Assembly (NCBI GenBank): GCA_964519725.1
Contig: CAZFKS010000003.1
Span: 15,821-79,820 of the forward strand
Origin: an uncultured Gammaproteobacteria bacterium
Lineage (GTDB): Bacteria > Patescibacteriota > Patescibacteriia > Magasanikbacterales > UBA922
Direction of reading: 5' to 3'
Length of the DNA stretch: 64,000 nucleotides
The notes beneath the pieces were generated by a model. It saw only the letters and a list, made by a program, of their open reading frames with translations, had not been told where the DNA came from and searched no databases. This document shows positions 1-9,028 of this stretch, piece by piece. The translations under genes and the position numbers were made by a program. The number at the start of each line of letters is the position of its first letter. Position 1 is the first letter of the stretch.

Positions 1-2367
1 AATATCCTGAATTCCACGGCGCCAGTATTTCAAACGCAAACTCGCAATTGGACCAGGCACATTATATGACTCAGCTGGGTAAATTTTATCAGTACCTGGG
101 TAGAACATCACCCCGTCACCATTGGAATAATTCCAACCAGTTTCCCCGCGCACGCTATCATCACCGCTCTTACCACCAAAAGTCATGGCTTGTTTGAAAA
201 CATTAGTCTGACCAGTCCCACCTTGGTAATTATTATAATAGGTTGATTCCCAGTAAAACCAGCGGTCAACATTTTTCTTGTACTGACCCCACGCTAATTC
301 GCGGAGTGCCACACCGTCGTCATCAGTCATAAATGAACCTTGACCTGGCCGACCACCGTTGTACATGAGGAATTTTTTCCCTGGTGTGGTCAAATAATAA
401 TTCACAGCTGTTTGCCATTTATCAGTTTCACCCAAGGTCATGCCAGACACAGCGTAATCTAGACTTGGAGTGTTTTTGTAAGATTCAGTGGCCCAAATCG
501 TAGCCATAGACGGAACATTTTTCCCAATACCTGGATTACTATTAATCCATTTGGCCCACTGTTCAATTTGTGGGTAATCACTACTTTCATCAATTAAATA
601 TAAGAAATAATCCACGCCTGGGGCATTTTGCGCAAACCAATTAGCCCAATTATCCGTATGTTTCCACATTCCAGCCTGGCCTTCATTTTTCCAACCCCAT
701 GAACCATATGGACCAATGGCATAAACACCATTACCGACTCCAACCCCTGGGCCATCATATCCGTTGGCTGCACTAAACAATGAACCATTCAAACGCGGCA
801 ACATGTCTGGGCGAGGTGCGTCCTGATTCCACACCGCTTCATTTGGATCAGCATCAATCAAAGAAATTTTATGTCGGTGTGCGAGCGCGTAAAATTTATC
901 ACGCAAACTTTTTATTGCCGCCACGTTGGTATCAGTGCCAGCTGGATAGGCTTCACCAAAAAAGCGTTCATTAATATCGCGGTAGCCAAGGTACAGCATG
1001 GTTTTGGAACTTGGTGTGTCAGATAAAGCAAAACTTTTCACTGTTAATTCAACGGGAATTGTTTTGGTCACTGCACCATTTTCTTTAATGGTAACATTTC
1101 CAGCGTACAAACCAGCTGGGGCCGTTTTAGGAATGTAAATATCAGCCCAAATACTTTGGTTTTTATTAGCGGCAATTGTGAAAGTTGGGTGCAGCTCAAG
1201 TGGCACTGCAATGTCTGGGAAATTTTTATTAGCGGCCACCCGATTAGACCAAAGTCGATCAGAGACGCGGAGTCGGGCTGGTAATTGCTGTTCATCATAA
1301 TTTCCAGCCATAAAAGCACTCAGGCCTTTGATTTCCAAATACCGCACGTAAAATAATTCAATGTTCCGATCAGTCCATTTGTACAAATCAGATCCAGCTG
1401 CTGGTTTTCCTTTGATTGTAAAATTATTTGGGCCAGTCAATGTGTCAAAATTAACTGACACATTATTTACCGCATTATTTTTGGCTTCTAAAATTACATT
1501 AAAATTAATCACTTCATTTTTGGCCCCAAAAACAGAAATCTTGCTTCCATTCCACACTGAGTTAGTTACATTTAAATTATTCGAAGCGCGCAAATCTTCT
1601 TGCACCACTTTATCCCCGCCTTCATTGGCCCAAACCGCAGTGATATTTCCGGCTGTCACTGGTGGCGTTGGATTTTGATTTGGAATTGCAGGTGGTGTTG
1701 AAGGGGTCGCTGGAACAGTTGGGGCGACTGGGGCAGTGGTGGAAATAAAATATCGGTTGCGCGAAAAAGTGGTTTTACCAAATTTTGTTGTGAGCGTAAT
1801 GTAAACGTATTTATTTTTCTGTGGCAAATTAGTGGCCGTAAAACTAGTTGCTTTGCCAGTGTATGAGCCATAATTACTAGCCCCATAATAATTACCTACT
1901 TTAACTGTGTAGGAATCAGCTCCAACATCCGTCCAAGTAATAACGGCACTGGTCCCAGGAATTTTTTGACCATTATTTGGTTCAGTAAAAGTCGCTGCTT
2001 TTGGCGTCACTGCAGTTTGATTTGGTGTAGAGTTTGCAGTTGCTGGCAAAACAAAATCTTGCGCTGCACCACCAGCAAAAACCCGAATATTTACTTTGGA
2101 AACCGCTGGTAAATTATCTACCTGAAAAGTAGTGCAGGACGCTGAATTAAACCATTTATAATCTGGTGATCCAACGGAAGAGCCAACCGCGAGCTCACAA
2201 TTTGTACCACTTGGTGCGCCAATATTAATAACCGCAGTGCCATTGGAAAAAGTACTCGACGGTAATAATGAAACTGCAACGGCCTGTGCTGGCAGAGCTT
2301 GCAGTGGAGAAATAACCAGCGCCACTAAAGCAATTAAAGTAGTGGTCAAACGTTTACGGAAAGTCAT
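1..2367 (-). CDS. Secreted DUF4091/GH123-like glycoside hydrolase with N-terminal beta-sandwich domains (3' end runs off the window; absent from the ORF track)
   Basis: Translated by hand from ATG at 2367. Signal peptide MTFRKRLTTTLIALVALVISPLQALPAQA, Pro/Thr linker, then AVWANEGGDKV...FGAKNEVINFNVILE...NQSIWADIYIPKTAPAGLYAG...WFYWESTYY...NGDGVMFYPG...GPIASLRLKYWRRGIQD, typical of DUF4091/GH123. Confidence 0.75.
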   Translation of the reverse strand, partial: MTFRKRLTTTLIALVALVISPLQALPAQAVAVSLLPSSTFSNGTAVINIGAPSGTNCELAVGSSVGSPDYKWFNSASCTTFQVDNLPAVSKVNIRVFAGGAAQDFVLPATANSTPNQTAVTPKAATFTEPNNGQKIPGTSAVITWTDVGADSYTVKVGNYYGASNYGSYTGKATSFTATNLPQKNKYVYITLTTKFGKTTFSRNRYFISTTAPVAPTVPATPSTPPAIPNQNPTPPVTAGNITAVWANEGGDKVVQEDLRASNNLNVTNSVWNGSKISVFGAKNEVINFNVILEAKNNAVNNVSVNFDTLTGPNNFTIKGKPAAGSDLYKWTDRNIELFYVRYLEIKGLSAFMAGNYDEQQLPARLRVSDRLWSNRVAANKNFPDIAVPLELHPTFTIAANKNQSIWADIYIPKTAPAGLYAGNVTIKENGAVTKTIPVELTVKSFALSDTPSSKTMLYLGYRDINERFFGEAYPAGTDTNVAAIKSLRDKFYALAHRHKISLIDADPNEAVWNQDAPRPDMLPRLNGSLFSAANGYDGPGVGVGNGVYAIGPYGSWGWKNEGQAGMWKHTDNWANWFAQNAPGVDYFLYLIDESSDYPQIEQWAKWINSNPGIGKNVPSMATIWATESYKNTPSLDYAVSGMTLGETDKWQTAVNYYLTTPGKKFLMYNGGRPGQGSFMTDDDGVALRELAWGQYKKNVDRWFYWESTYYNNYQGGTGQTNVFKQAMTFGGKSGDDSVRGETGWNYSNGDGVMFYPGTDKIYPAESYNVPGPIASLRLKYWRRGIQDI

Positions 2368-2420
2368 AGAAATAGTTCTTAACGTCAATGACGGTGAGTA
2401 AAATGTCTATGGGAAGAGGT

Positions 2421-2449
2421 ACTATAGGTTAATTTTAGGAGTTTGGCAA
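2421..2449 (-). promoter_or_regulatory. sigma70-type promoter for the GH123-like gene
   Basis: Minus strand TTGCCA (2449-2444), 17 nt, TATAGT (2426-2421). Confidence 0.55.
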
Positions 2450-2461
2450 CCTATGATTTGG

Positions 2462-2494
2462 AATAAAAAATCCCTTATTGGGGGATTTTTTATT
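2462..2494. terminator. Bidirectional intrinsic terminator
   Basis: AATAAAAAATCCC-loop-GGGATTTTTTATT inverted repeat directly downstream of the long minus-strand operon. Confidence 0.8.
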
Positions 2495-2499
2495 GTTAA

Positions 2500-2691
2500 T
2501 TATCTAGTCCCAGTTCGCATGCCCATGCGGCCTTTTTTGCCACCCGGAGCTTTGCCATTAGATCGGAAAGAGGTTGGGGTGGGACGCTGACCACGAGGCA
2601 CACCAAGCCCCCCGCTTCGCTTGCCAGTTTCCATGTTTCCTTTAAATTGACCACTGTACTGAGTAATTTTAACTACATTTAGTTTAGGCAT
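2500..2691 (-). CDS. Small basic Gly/Arg/Lys-rich hypothetical protein (~63 aa)
   Basis: ATG at 2691 lies directly after the stop of the upstream gene (MPKLNVVKITQ...GKKGRMGMRTGTR); ends just before the terminator. Confidence 0.5.
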   Translation of the reverse strand: MPKLNVVKITQYSGQFKGNMETGKRSGGLGVPRGQRPTPTSFRSNGKAPGGKKGRMGMRTGTR

Positions 2692-2692
2692 A

Positions 2693-5344
2693 TTATAAAG
2701 CTTGAATTGATTCAATAATTGTTTGGGTGGCTGGCGCAGTGGAGCCAGTTTCGATTTTCAAAATTGAATTTGGTTTTAATTCGACTTCATAAATAATGAT
2801 TGGTGAAGTGGTCGTGGTGTCAGTAACAAAGGTAAATAATTTTCCTGGCAAACCACTTTTGGTCATAAAATCAGTGGACGAAGTGCTGCCAAATTTGGTG
2901 AGGGCCGAGAACACAAGGGCATCATTAGCTTCAGCATTTTTTAAGGTAAATGTTTTTGGTGAATACAAGGCTTCAAAACGGCGCGGGTGAGTCACTTTGA
3001 AATCAGCAAAACCAGTCACAGTGGCAGTCGTATTTTCATTTAAGGCTTGCTCGCGCTCTTCAGCAATTGCACTCATAATTTCCGCGCGGATTTGGGCCGG
3101 TGTCAGTTGTGGCGTTTCTGGAACTTTGGCCCCCATCCCACAACCAGCCCCAACCGTCATAATGAGTGCACCCAAACAAGCAAAACCAGCGACCAGTCCA
3201 AGCAATTGGTGATTAGTGCCAAAAGTTTTTCCCACTGAGCGCTCGGCTTCATAGGCTGAGTGGTGGACAGCGGCACTTTCATTGTGATTAACAATCAAAG
3301 TTTTAATCCCACTTTTCACTGCCGAAAAAACCAGCTGTGGTTCGCGCGCCAGCCATTCGCCAGACAATGCAATGGTGGTTTTTTCTTTGGCTGCAGTTTT
3401 GGCAATTGCGCTCAAAGCTTGCTCAACAGTTTTTTGACGGATTGCAGTCATGGTTTTACTGCGTTCGCCAGTAGTACTTTTGACCAGTGAGTCTAAATCA
3501 AAAATTAATTCATCAATTTGGCGCGCTAGTGATTCAGTTAACAGAGCATGACCAGGCAGGTCAGTCGCTAAACTAAACCGCCAACCTTGTTCACGACTAA
3601 TCCCCTGTTTTTTAAGGGCAGTTAAGAATTCTTCTAATTCAGAAACTGACCGACAGTATGGTAAAGTCAAAGTAAATTGGAGACCAAAACGATCACGAAC
3701 AGCTTTGAGTGCTGTGCATTCAGCAGCAAAAACACGCGTATATTGATTATGCAAATAACGTTCAGCCCCACGAGCAGACTGACGTAAATGTAAAAGACGT
3801 TCAGCTTTGGCGCCACCACTTAAATCTACAAACACACTTGGAGTACTACTACTCATGGCGACCATAAGCCGCGGCGCATCTTTCTTGGCAATTGATTCCG
3901 CGAGTTTTTGGCCCAGTAACTCAGCGTAATTAGCCGTTTGTTTGGCGGCAAAATAATCTAACGGGTGACGGTTATTTAATTCGCACAACACATCATCAAG
4001 CGCAATGGTAATTTCTGGAGTACGGAGTTCAGTTTTAATTTTTGGTTGTTTGGTAACAATTGGTTTAACTTCGTATGGCAAGGCACCAGCGTAAATTGCA
4101 CCATTCTCGGCTGTCAGGGCTATGGTCACTGTTGTGCCAGTGCGTAAGCGTTTGGTAGCATGTTTTGTGCCGAGTAAAACTGGCACAGTTAAATCCAGAG
4201 TGCGCAGTTTAATTTCCGCCCCCTGACTAGCATCTTCAATAATCAGACCAGCGGCCAGTGAAAGATTTGTATTTGAAACTAAACTAAAGTTTTTCGCGAC
4301 CACAATATCACCAGATTCAATAATTTGACTTGGATTACGAATTACGGCTAGCTGACCAACCGCAATCCCCTGACCAAAAAATTTTCCAGTGCCAAGAATT
4401 TGGCTGGTGGTTTTGAGATTATATTCGACTTTATTTTCCGTAGTAACTGCCGGAAGCACATCTAGTTGCCACACTGTGGCTTGATTTTTGGTTAGATCAA
4501 TACTACCTGTGACTACAATGGTTTGGTGAGTGTGTTTTTCAATTTCTAAAATTGGGGCAACAATTGCGGCGACTAAAGTTTCTGAAATTAAAGTTTGGGT
4601 CCAAGCATTTAAAAATAGAGCTTTTTTGCTGGCTACAGCTGGCTTATACAAACTAAAATCTGTGCCATTAATTTGTAGACTAGCAACTTTGCTACCAATG
4701 TTAGTGATTAATTTAAAATTCAGGTCAGTTTTTTTACTAGCGCGAACACTAACCAAAATACTGACTGGTAAATGCGCATGACCAAAACCACGCTGTTCGC
4801 GTTCACGCAAAAAACGTTCGCTATACAGCGCACTTAAACTTTGGCGGAGCAATTTGAGTAAGCCAGCTTCAGTGGCTGGAGCAGTAAAGGTGGGTAGCCA
4901 ATCAGTGCGGCCAATGGTTTCAGTTTCAAAGTATAGTGCAAATACGACATCTGCTTTGGTGTTTTTTGGTAAAGCCGTGTGCAACTTTTTCCATTCATTT
5001 TTCCAACTACTTGGTAGAGTTTGGCGACTAATTAGGCGCTGAATACTGGCCGCCGCACTAGACAATGAGCGAGGGTGACGCAGATTAATCGTTGTGGTTT
5101 GGTTTTTTATTTTTTTGTCTAATCCTTGCCAAGCCCAAAAATCCTGAATTAACTGGCTTGGAATTACTAAACTACTTGCTTTAATTACACTGGCCTCAGG
5201 TTTGGTAAGTTTAGCTAATTCTAAAATGCCAGTTGGTAGGTTTTCACTAATAATTTCTGGTAAACGCAAAATCTCAGCTGGTTTAGCTGCTTCAGTTGGC
5301 TTTAAAAGTGCCACTTTTTTAGAAATGGCCTGAAAAAATTTCAT
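2693..5344 (-). CDS. Degenerate PEP synthase (PpsA)-like protein with a C-terminal membrane helix and an extracellular domain
   Basis: PpsA-like swivel region (GQGIAVGQLAVIRNP...GDIVVAK...VPVLLGTKHATKRLRTGTTVTI...GAIYAGALPYEV) and PEP-binding barrel remnants (NNRHPLDY, RGAERY...Y...FAAEC.ALK.VR...GL...LPYCRSV.E). Catalytic His motif absent; hydrophobic LLGLVAGFACLGALIMTVGAGC near the C-terminus. Confidence 0.7.
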   Translation of the reverse strand: MKFFQAISKKVALLKPTEAAKPAEILRLPEIISENLPTGILELAKLTKPEASVIKASSLVIPSQLIQDFWAWQGLDKKIKNQTTTINLRHPRSLSSAAASIQRLISRQTLPSSWKNEWKKLHTALPKNTKADVVFALYFETETIGRTDWLPTFTAPATEAGLLKLLRQSLSALYSERFLREREQRGFGHAHLPVSILVSVRASKKTDLNFKLITNIGSKVASLQINGTDFSLYKPAVASKKALFLNAWTQTLISETLVAAIVAPILEIEKHTHQTIVVTGSIDLTKNQATVWQLDVLPAVTTENKVEYNLKTTSQILGTGKFFGQGIAVGQLAVIRNPSQIIESGDIVVAKNFSLVSNTNLSLAAGLIIEDASQGAEIKLRTLDLTVPVLLGTKHATKRLRTGTTVTIALTAENGAIYAGALPYEVKPIVTKQPKIKTELRTPEITIALDDVLCELNNRHPLDYFAAKQTANYAELLGQKLAESIAKKDAPRLMVAMSSSTPSVFVDLSGGAKAERLLHLRQSARGAERYLHNQYTRVFAAECTALKAVRDRFGLQFTLTLPYCRSVSELEEFLTALKKQGISREQGWRFSLATDLPGHALLTESLARQIDELIFDLDSLVKSTTGERSKTMTAIRQKTVEQALSAIAKTAAKEKTTIALSGEWLAREPQLVFSAVKSGIKTLIVNHNESAAVHHSAYEAERSVGKTFGTNHQLLGLVAGFACLGALIMTVGAGCGMGAKVPETPQLTPAQIRAEIMSAIAEEREQALNENTTATVTGFADFKVTHPRRFEALYSPKTFTLKNAEANDALVFSALTKFGSTSSTDFMTKSGLPGKLFTFVTDTTTTSPIIIYEVELKPNSILKIETGSTAPATQTIIESIQAL

Positions 5345-5351
5345 GGACTTA

Positions 5352-6758
5352 TTATACTGCTTTTACTTCCAAAACGGAAACAACCTGTGTATTACTAAGT
5401 GGTTCGCCAAGGGCAACCACAGCGTCAGCGCCGACTGGGGCAAGATTTTTGGCTAGGGTAAAAGCGTGAGCTGCTTCAATGGCGGCTTCAGCTGAACTAA
5501 GTGAGCCAACCGTGGCGTAAACACCAGAGTACAAGCCAAGTTGGCGGGCCAAACGATCACTCGGGGTCACGGCGACAATTGGAACTTGCGGGCGGAAGTG
5601 ACTAATGTGAGCCGCAATCGCGCCATCAGTGGTGGCCGTGTAAATTACTGCGGCGTTAATTTCTTCCACTGTGTGCCGAACTTCTAGGGCTAAACTATCT
5701 GAATTATGATCAGGTGGGGCTGGCAAACGGTCGTCATACACTGACTGTTCAGTTTCGGTCAAAATACTAGCCATCATGGCCACAGTTTCGCGCGGGAATT
5801 TTCCAGTTGCACTTTCGTTTGACAGCATGACCGCATCGGCCAAGTCAATTTCTGCGTTGGCCACGTCTGACACTTCAGCGCGAGTTGGGAGTGGACTGTC
5901 TTGCATGGAATCTAACATTTGCGTGGCCACAATCACCGGCTTACCAGCCGCCAGAGCTGCTTCAATTAATTGTTTTTGCACCACCGGCACTTTGCTTTCA
6001 GCAATTTCAATTCCCAAATCACCCCGTGCAACCATGATTACATCCACCACATCAATAATTTTAGTGGCATTTTGAATGGCTTCGGGTCGTTCCATTTTGG
6101 CAATAATTCGGGTTGGAAATTCCACTTTGCCTTCGTGTTTGGTAATTAAATCACGCAGTTCTAACACATCTTTTGGCTCACGAACAAATGACAACGCAAT
6201 GTAATCAACGCCTTGGCTAAGCCCAAACACCGCGTCAGCACGATCTTTGTCAGTCAAGGAACTACTGCTAATGTGTGAGTCTGGAACATTTAAGCCTTTA
6301 TGTGAACTGAGTAAGCCACCGTGTTCAACTTTGGCCGAAATTTTTGTACCCTCAATCTGAGTGGCTTTGGCAACCACTCGGCCATCATTTAGTAAAATTC
6401 GATCCCCGCTTTTTACTGACTCGTGTAATTCTTTAAAATCAACGGGGAAAATTTTATCAGCGTAATCTGATTTACTAGTGTCAAACACAATTTCTTCGCC
6501 ATCAGCCACTTCAACGCCATTTTCTGGCAAAACCCCCAACCGAATTTTTGGGCCTTGTAAATCTTGAATAATTGGAATATGAACCTTTTGCTCAGCCGCA
6601 GCCGCGCGCACCATCGCAATAAGAGCAGTATGATCATCGTACGAACCATGCGAAAAATTTAAACGCACCGCGTTCAAACCATTATTAATTAAATCAGTAA
6701 TAATTTCTTTAGTGTGGGTGGCAGGACCAAGCGTGGCAATAATTTTGGTACGTTTCAT
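5352..6758 (-). CDS. pyk: Pyruvate kinase
   Basis: RTKIIATLGPA, RLNFSHG, DLQGPKIR, IMVARGDLGIE, VATQMLDSM, PTRAEVSDVANA, DAVMLSNESATGKFP. Confidence 0.97.
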   Translation of the reverse strand: MKRTKIIATLGPATHTKEIITDLINNGLNAVRLNFSHGSYDDHTALIAMVRAAAAEQKVHIPIIQDLQGPKIRLGVLPENGVEVADGEEIVFDTSKSDYADKIFPVDFKELHESVKSGDRILLNDGRVVAKATQIEGTKISAKVEHGGLLSSHKGLNVPDSHISSSSLTDKDRADAVFGLSQGVDYIALSFVREPKDVLELRDLITKHEGKVEFPTRIIAKMERPEAIQNATKIIDVVDVIMVARGDLGIEIAESKVPVVQKQLIEAALAAGKPVIVATQMLDSMQDSPLPTRAEVSDVANAEIDLADAVMLSNESATGKFPRETVAMMASILTETEQSVYDDRLPAPPDHNSDSLALEVRHTVEEINAAVIYTATTDGAIAAHISHFRPQVPIVAVTPSDRLARQLGLYSGVYATVGSLSSAEAAIEAAHAFTLAKNLAPVGADAVVALGEPLSNTQVVSVLEVKAV

Positions 6759-6759
6759 A

Positions 6760-7107
6760 TTAATGACGAGTGGAAGTGTTGGCCCCAGGAATAAATTTCA
6801 AAAAGCTGTTCACATTATTTTGCAATTTTTCTTGCGGCGCAACCACGGTGTTTTGGTACCAATCTTTGGCTTCGCGGTAATATGGTGGCAAGAAAATTGC
6901 CGCCGCAATCACTGGTGCAAGCAGTAAAAATAATTTCACCCAGCCCCAGAGCTGCATGGTAAATAAGCGGCGGCGGATTTTTTTCACGTCTTTGTAAACA
7001 ACCTCACTCCACTGAATGTTTTGCCGTACTAAAACCTCGAGGTCATTAATTCTGGCTTCAAGTTTAGCCATTCCTGATTCATCTGACACGGGAGATTTTT
7101 CTGGCAT
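6760..7107 (-). CDS. Hypothetical single-pass membrane protein
   Basis: Coiled N-terminus, one hydrophobic helix (LWGWVKLFLLLAPVIAAAIFLP), tightly coupled in the operon. Confidence 0.7.
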   Translation of the reverse strand: MPEKSPVSDESGMAKLEARINDLEVLVRQNIQWSEVVYKDVKKIRRRLFTMQLWGWVKLFLLLAPVIAAAIFLPPYYREAKDWYQNTVVAPQEKLQNNVNSFLKFIPGANTSTRH

Positions 7108-7108
7108 A

Positions 7109-7573
7109 TTATTTGCGTGGTTTATCTTTGGTTAAGGATTTAAGTTCAGTTTGAAATTTATCAACGTCAGTAAACGCGCGGTAAATTGAAGCAAATCTAA
7201 TATACGCCACTTTGTCGAATTTACGCAAATGACGCATGACACTTTCACCAATATCTTTACTGGTGATTTCGCGTTGTTTTTTCTTTTGAATATCAGTTTC
7301 AATGGCGTGGACAAGCTGTGCAAATTGTTCTTCAGTAAATGGTCGTTTGGTGAGTGAACTTTGCAAACCTTTTTCTAATTTGGTACGCGAGTATGATTCG
7401 CGACGACCATCATTTTTGACCACGGTAATGTCTAAGAGCTCCATTTCTTCAAGCGTGGAAAAACGATAGGTGCATTTGGCACATTCCCGACGTCGCCGCA
7501 CAGCTGCGCCATCTGACGCAACCCGTGAATCAACCACTTTGGTTTCTTTATGGCGACAAATCGGGCAATTCAT
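7109..7573 (-). CDS. nrdR: Transcriptional repressor NrdR
   Basis: MNCPIC...TKVVDSR...VRRRRECAKCTYRFSTLE zinc ribbon plus ATP cone, VAYIRFASIYR. Confidence 0.97.
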   Translation of the reverse strand: MNCPICRHKETKVVDSRVASDGAAVRRRRECAKCTYRFSTLEEMELLDITVVKNDGRRESYSRTKLEKGLQSSLTKRPFTEEQFAQLVHAIETDIQKKKQREITSKDIGESVMRHLRKFDKVAYIRFASIYRAFTDVDKFQTELKSLTKDKPRK

Positions 7574-7575
7574 AT

Positions 7576-8928
7576 TTATTGACCCATTTTTTTACGGATG
7601 AAAGCAGGGATTTCTAAATCTGGGTCTTCGGTTTCAGTAGTTGGGGTTGAGACTGGTGGGGTCGGTGGTACAGAAAAGGACCGGCGCGGTTCGGTTATGA
7701 CCGGAGTTGGTGGTTTCGATGGAAAATGAGTTGGTTTAGGTGGAATCGCCCGAATTGGCATGACTGGTTTCGGAATCAACGGCTCTTCAAGAGCCGCAGT
7801 AATGTCATCATCTTCGCCATCGTCCAAATCAGGAATAGTGGCCACGAGTGGTTCAGGCACACGCTTTTGGAAAATAGGCATGCGGAGTGGTGAACGACGA
7901 ATTGATGGGGTGACTGTTTCAGTTGGTTCAGCGCTGAAGGCTTTTTCAATTCCCCGACTTTCAAAACCAGTGGCAATTACGGTAATACGTACTTCCTCAC
8001 CCATGGTTTCATCAATCACAGCACCAAAGATAACGCGCGCATCTTCATGCGCTGAACTGGTAATAACTTTGGCCGCCTCAGAAACTTCCTGCATACCGAG
8101 TGATGAACTACCGGTAATGGTAAACAGAATACCGCGTGCGCCGTCAATCGCAATATCAAGAAGTGGACTAGAAATAGCTGATTTGGCAGCTTCCAGCGCT
8201 CGATTTTCACCCGACCCAAGCCCAATCCCCATGAGCGCTGTGCCAGTGTCACTCATAATGGTGCGGACATCAGCAAAGTCAACATTGATCAGACCCGGAA
8301 CAGTGATTAGTTCAGAAATTCCTTGCACACCTTGGCGGAGCACATCATCAACAATCTTGAACGCTTCCATCAGTGAAGTTTTTTTATCAATGATTTGCAA
8401 AATCCGATCATTTTGGATAGTAATGATCGTATCAACATTGCGGGAAAGTTCTTCGTGTGCGCGTTCTGCAATTGCGCGCCGCTGCGGACCTTCAAAAGAA
8501 AACGGTTTGGTAACCACAGCCACAGTTAAAATTCCCATGTCACGCGCAATTTCAGCCACCACTGGGGCGGCCCCTGAACCAGTACCGCCACCAAGACCAC
8601 AGGTAATAAATACCATGTCTGTGTCTTTTAACATTTCGCGAATTTCATTTTGTGATTCTTCGGCCGCGCGTTTACCAACATCTGGATTCATGCCCGCACC
8701 AAGACCACGAGTCACCGCTTTCCCAATGTGTAATTTATGTGGTGCACTATTGTGGTGCAGCGCTTGCACATCAGTGTTCATTACCAAAAAATCAACCCCA
8801 CGAATGCCCCCTTTTACCATTCGATCAACAGCTGAATTTCCTGATCCCCCAACGCCAATCACTTTAATTTTGGCAAAAGTTTCAATCTCTGGTTTAACTT
8901 GCGGCATATGAACAATTTTTGTATTCAA
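7576..8928 (-). CDS. ftsZ: Cell division protein FtsZ (start possibly ATG 8907)
   Basis: IKVIGVGGSGNSAV, tubulin signature GGGTGSG, INVDFADV, long Pro-rich linker, C-terminal peptide LEIPAFIRKK. Confidence 0.98.
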   Translation of the reverse strand: MNTKIVHMPQVKPEIETFAKIKVIGVGGSGNSAVDRMVKGGIRGVDFLVMNTDVQALHHNSAPHKLHIGKAVTRGLGAGMNPDVGKRAAEESQNEIREMLKDTDMVFITCGLGGGTGSGAAPVVAEIARDMGILTVAVVTKPFSFEGPQRRAIAERAHEELSRNVDTIITIQNDRILQIIDKKTSLMEAFKIVDDVLRQGVQGISELITVPGLINVDFADVRTIMSDTGTALMGIGLGSGENRALEAAKSAISSPLLDIAIDGARGILFTITGSSSLGMQEVSEAAKVITSSAHEDARVIFGAVIDETMGEEVRITVIATGFESRGIEKAFSAEPTETVTPSIRRSPLRMPIFQKRVPEPLVATIPDLDDGEDDDITAALEEPLIPKPVMPIRAIPPKPTHFPSKPPTPVITEPRRSFSVPPTPPVSTPTTETEDPDLEIPAFIRKKMGQ

Positions 8929-8958
8929 TTTGGCTAACTATGAACAAAATATGTATGT

Positions 8959-8987
8959 ATTTTAGAAGCTTTTCCTAGGAGTGTCAA
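8959..8987 (-). promoter_or_regulatory. sigma70 promoter of ftsZ
   Basis: TTGACA (8987-8982), 17 nt, TAAAAT (8964-8959). Confidence 0.7.
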
Positions 8988-9028
8988 CTAAAAAAATCCC
9001 CCTGCTTTTGAGGGGGAGGATTTAGGCT

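Noticed and set aside
7760-8911. 383-aa + strand ORF
   Set aside because: Antisense shadow of ftsZ; the same applies to the + strand ORFs opposite pyk, ftsA and the giant protein.
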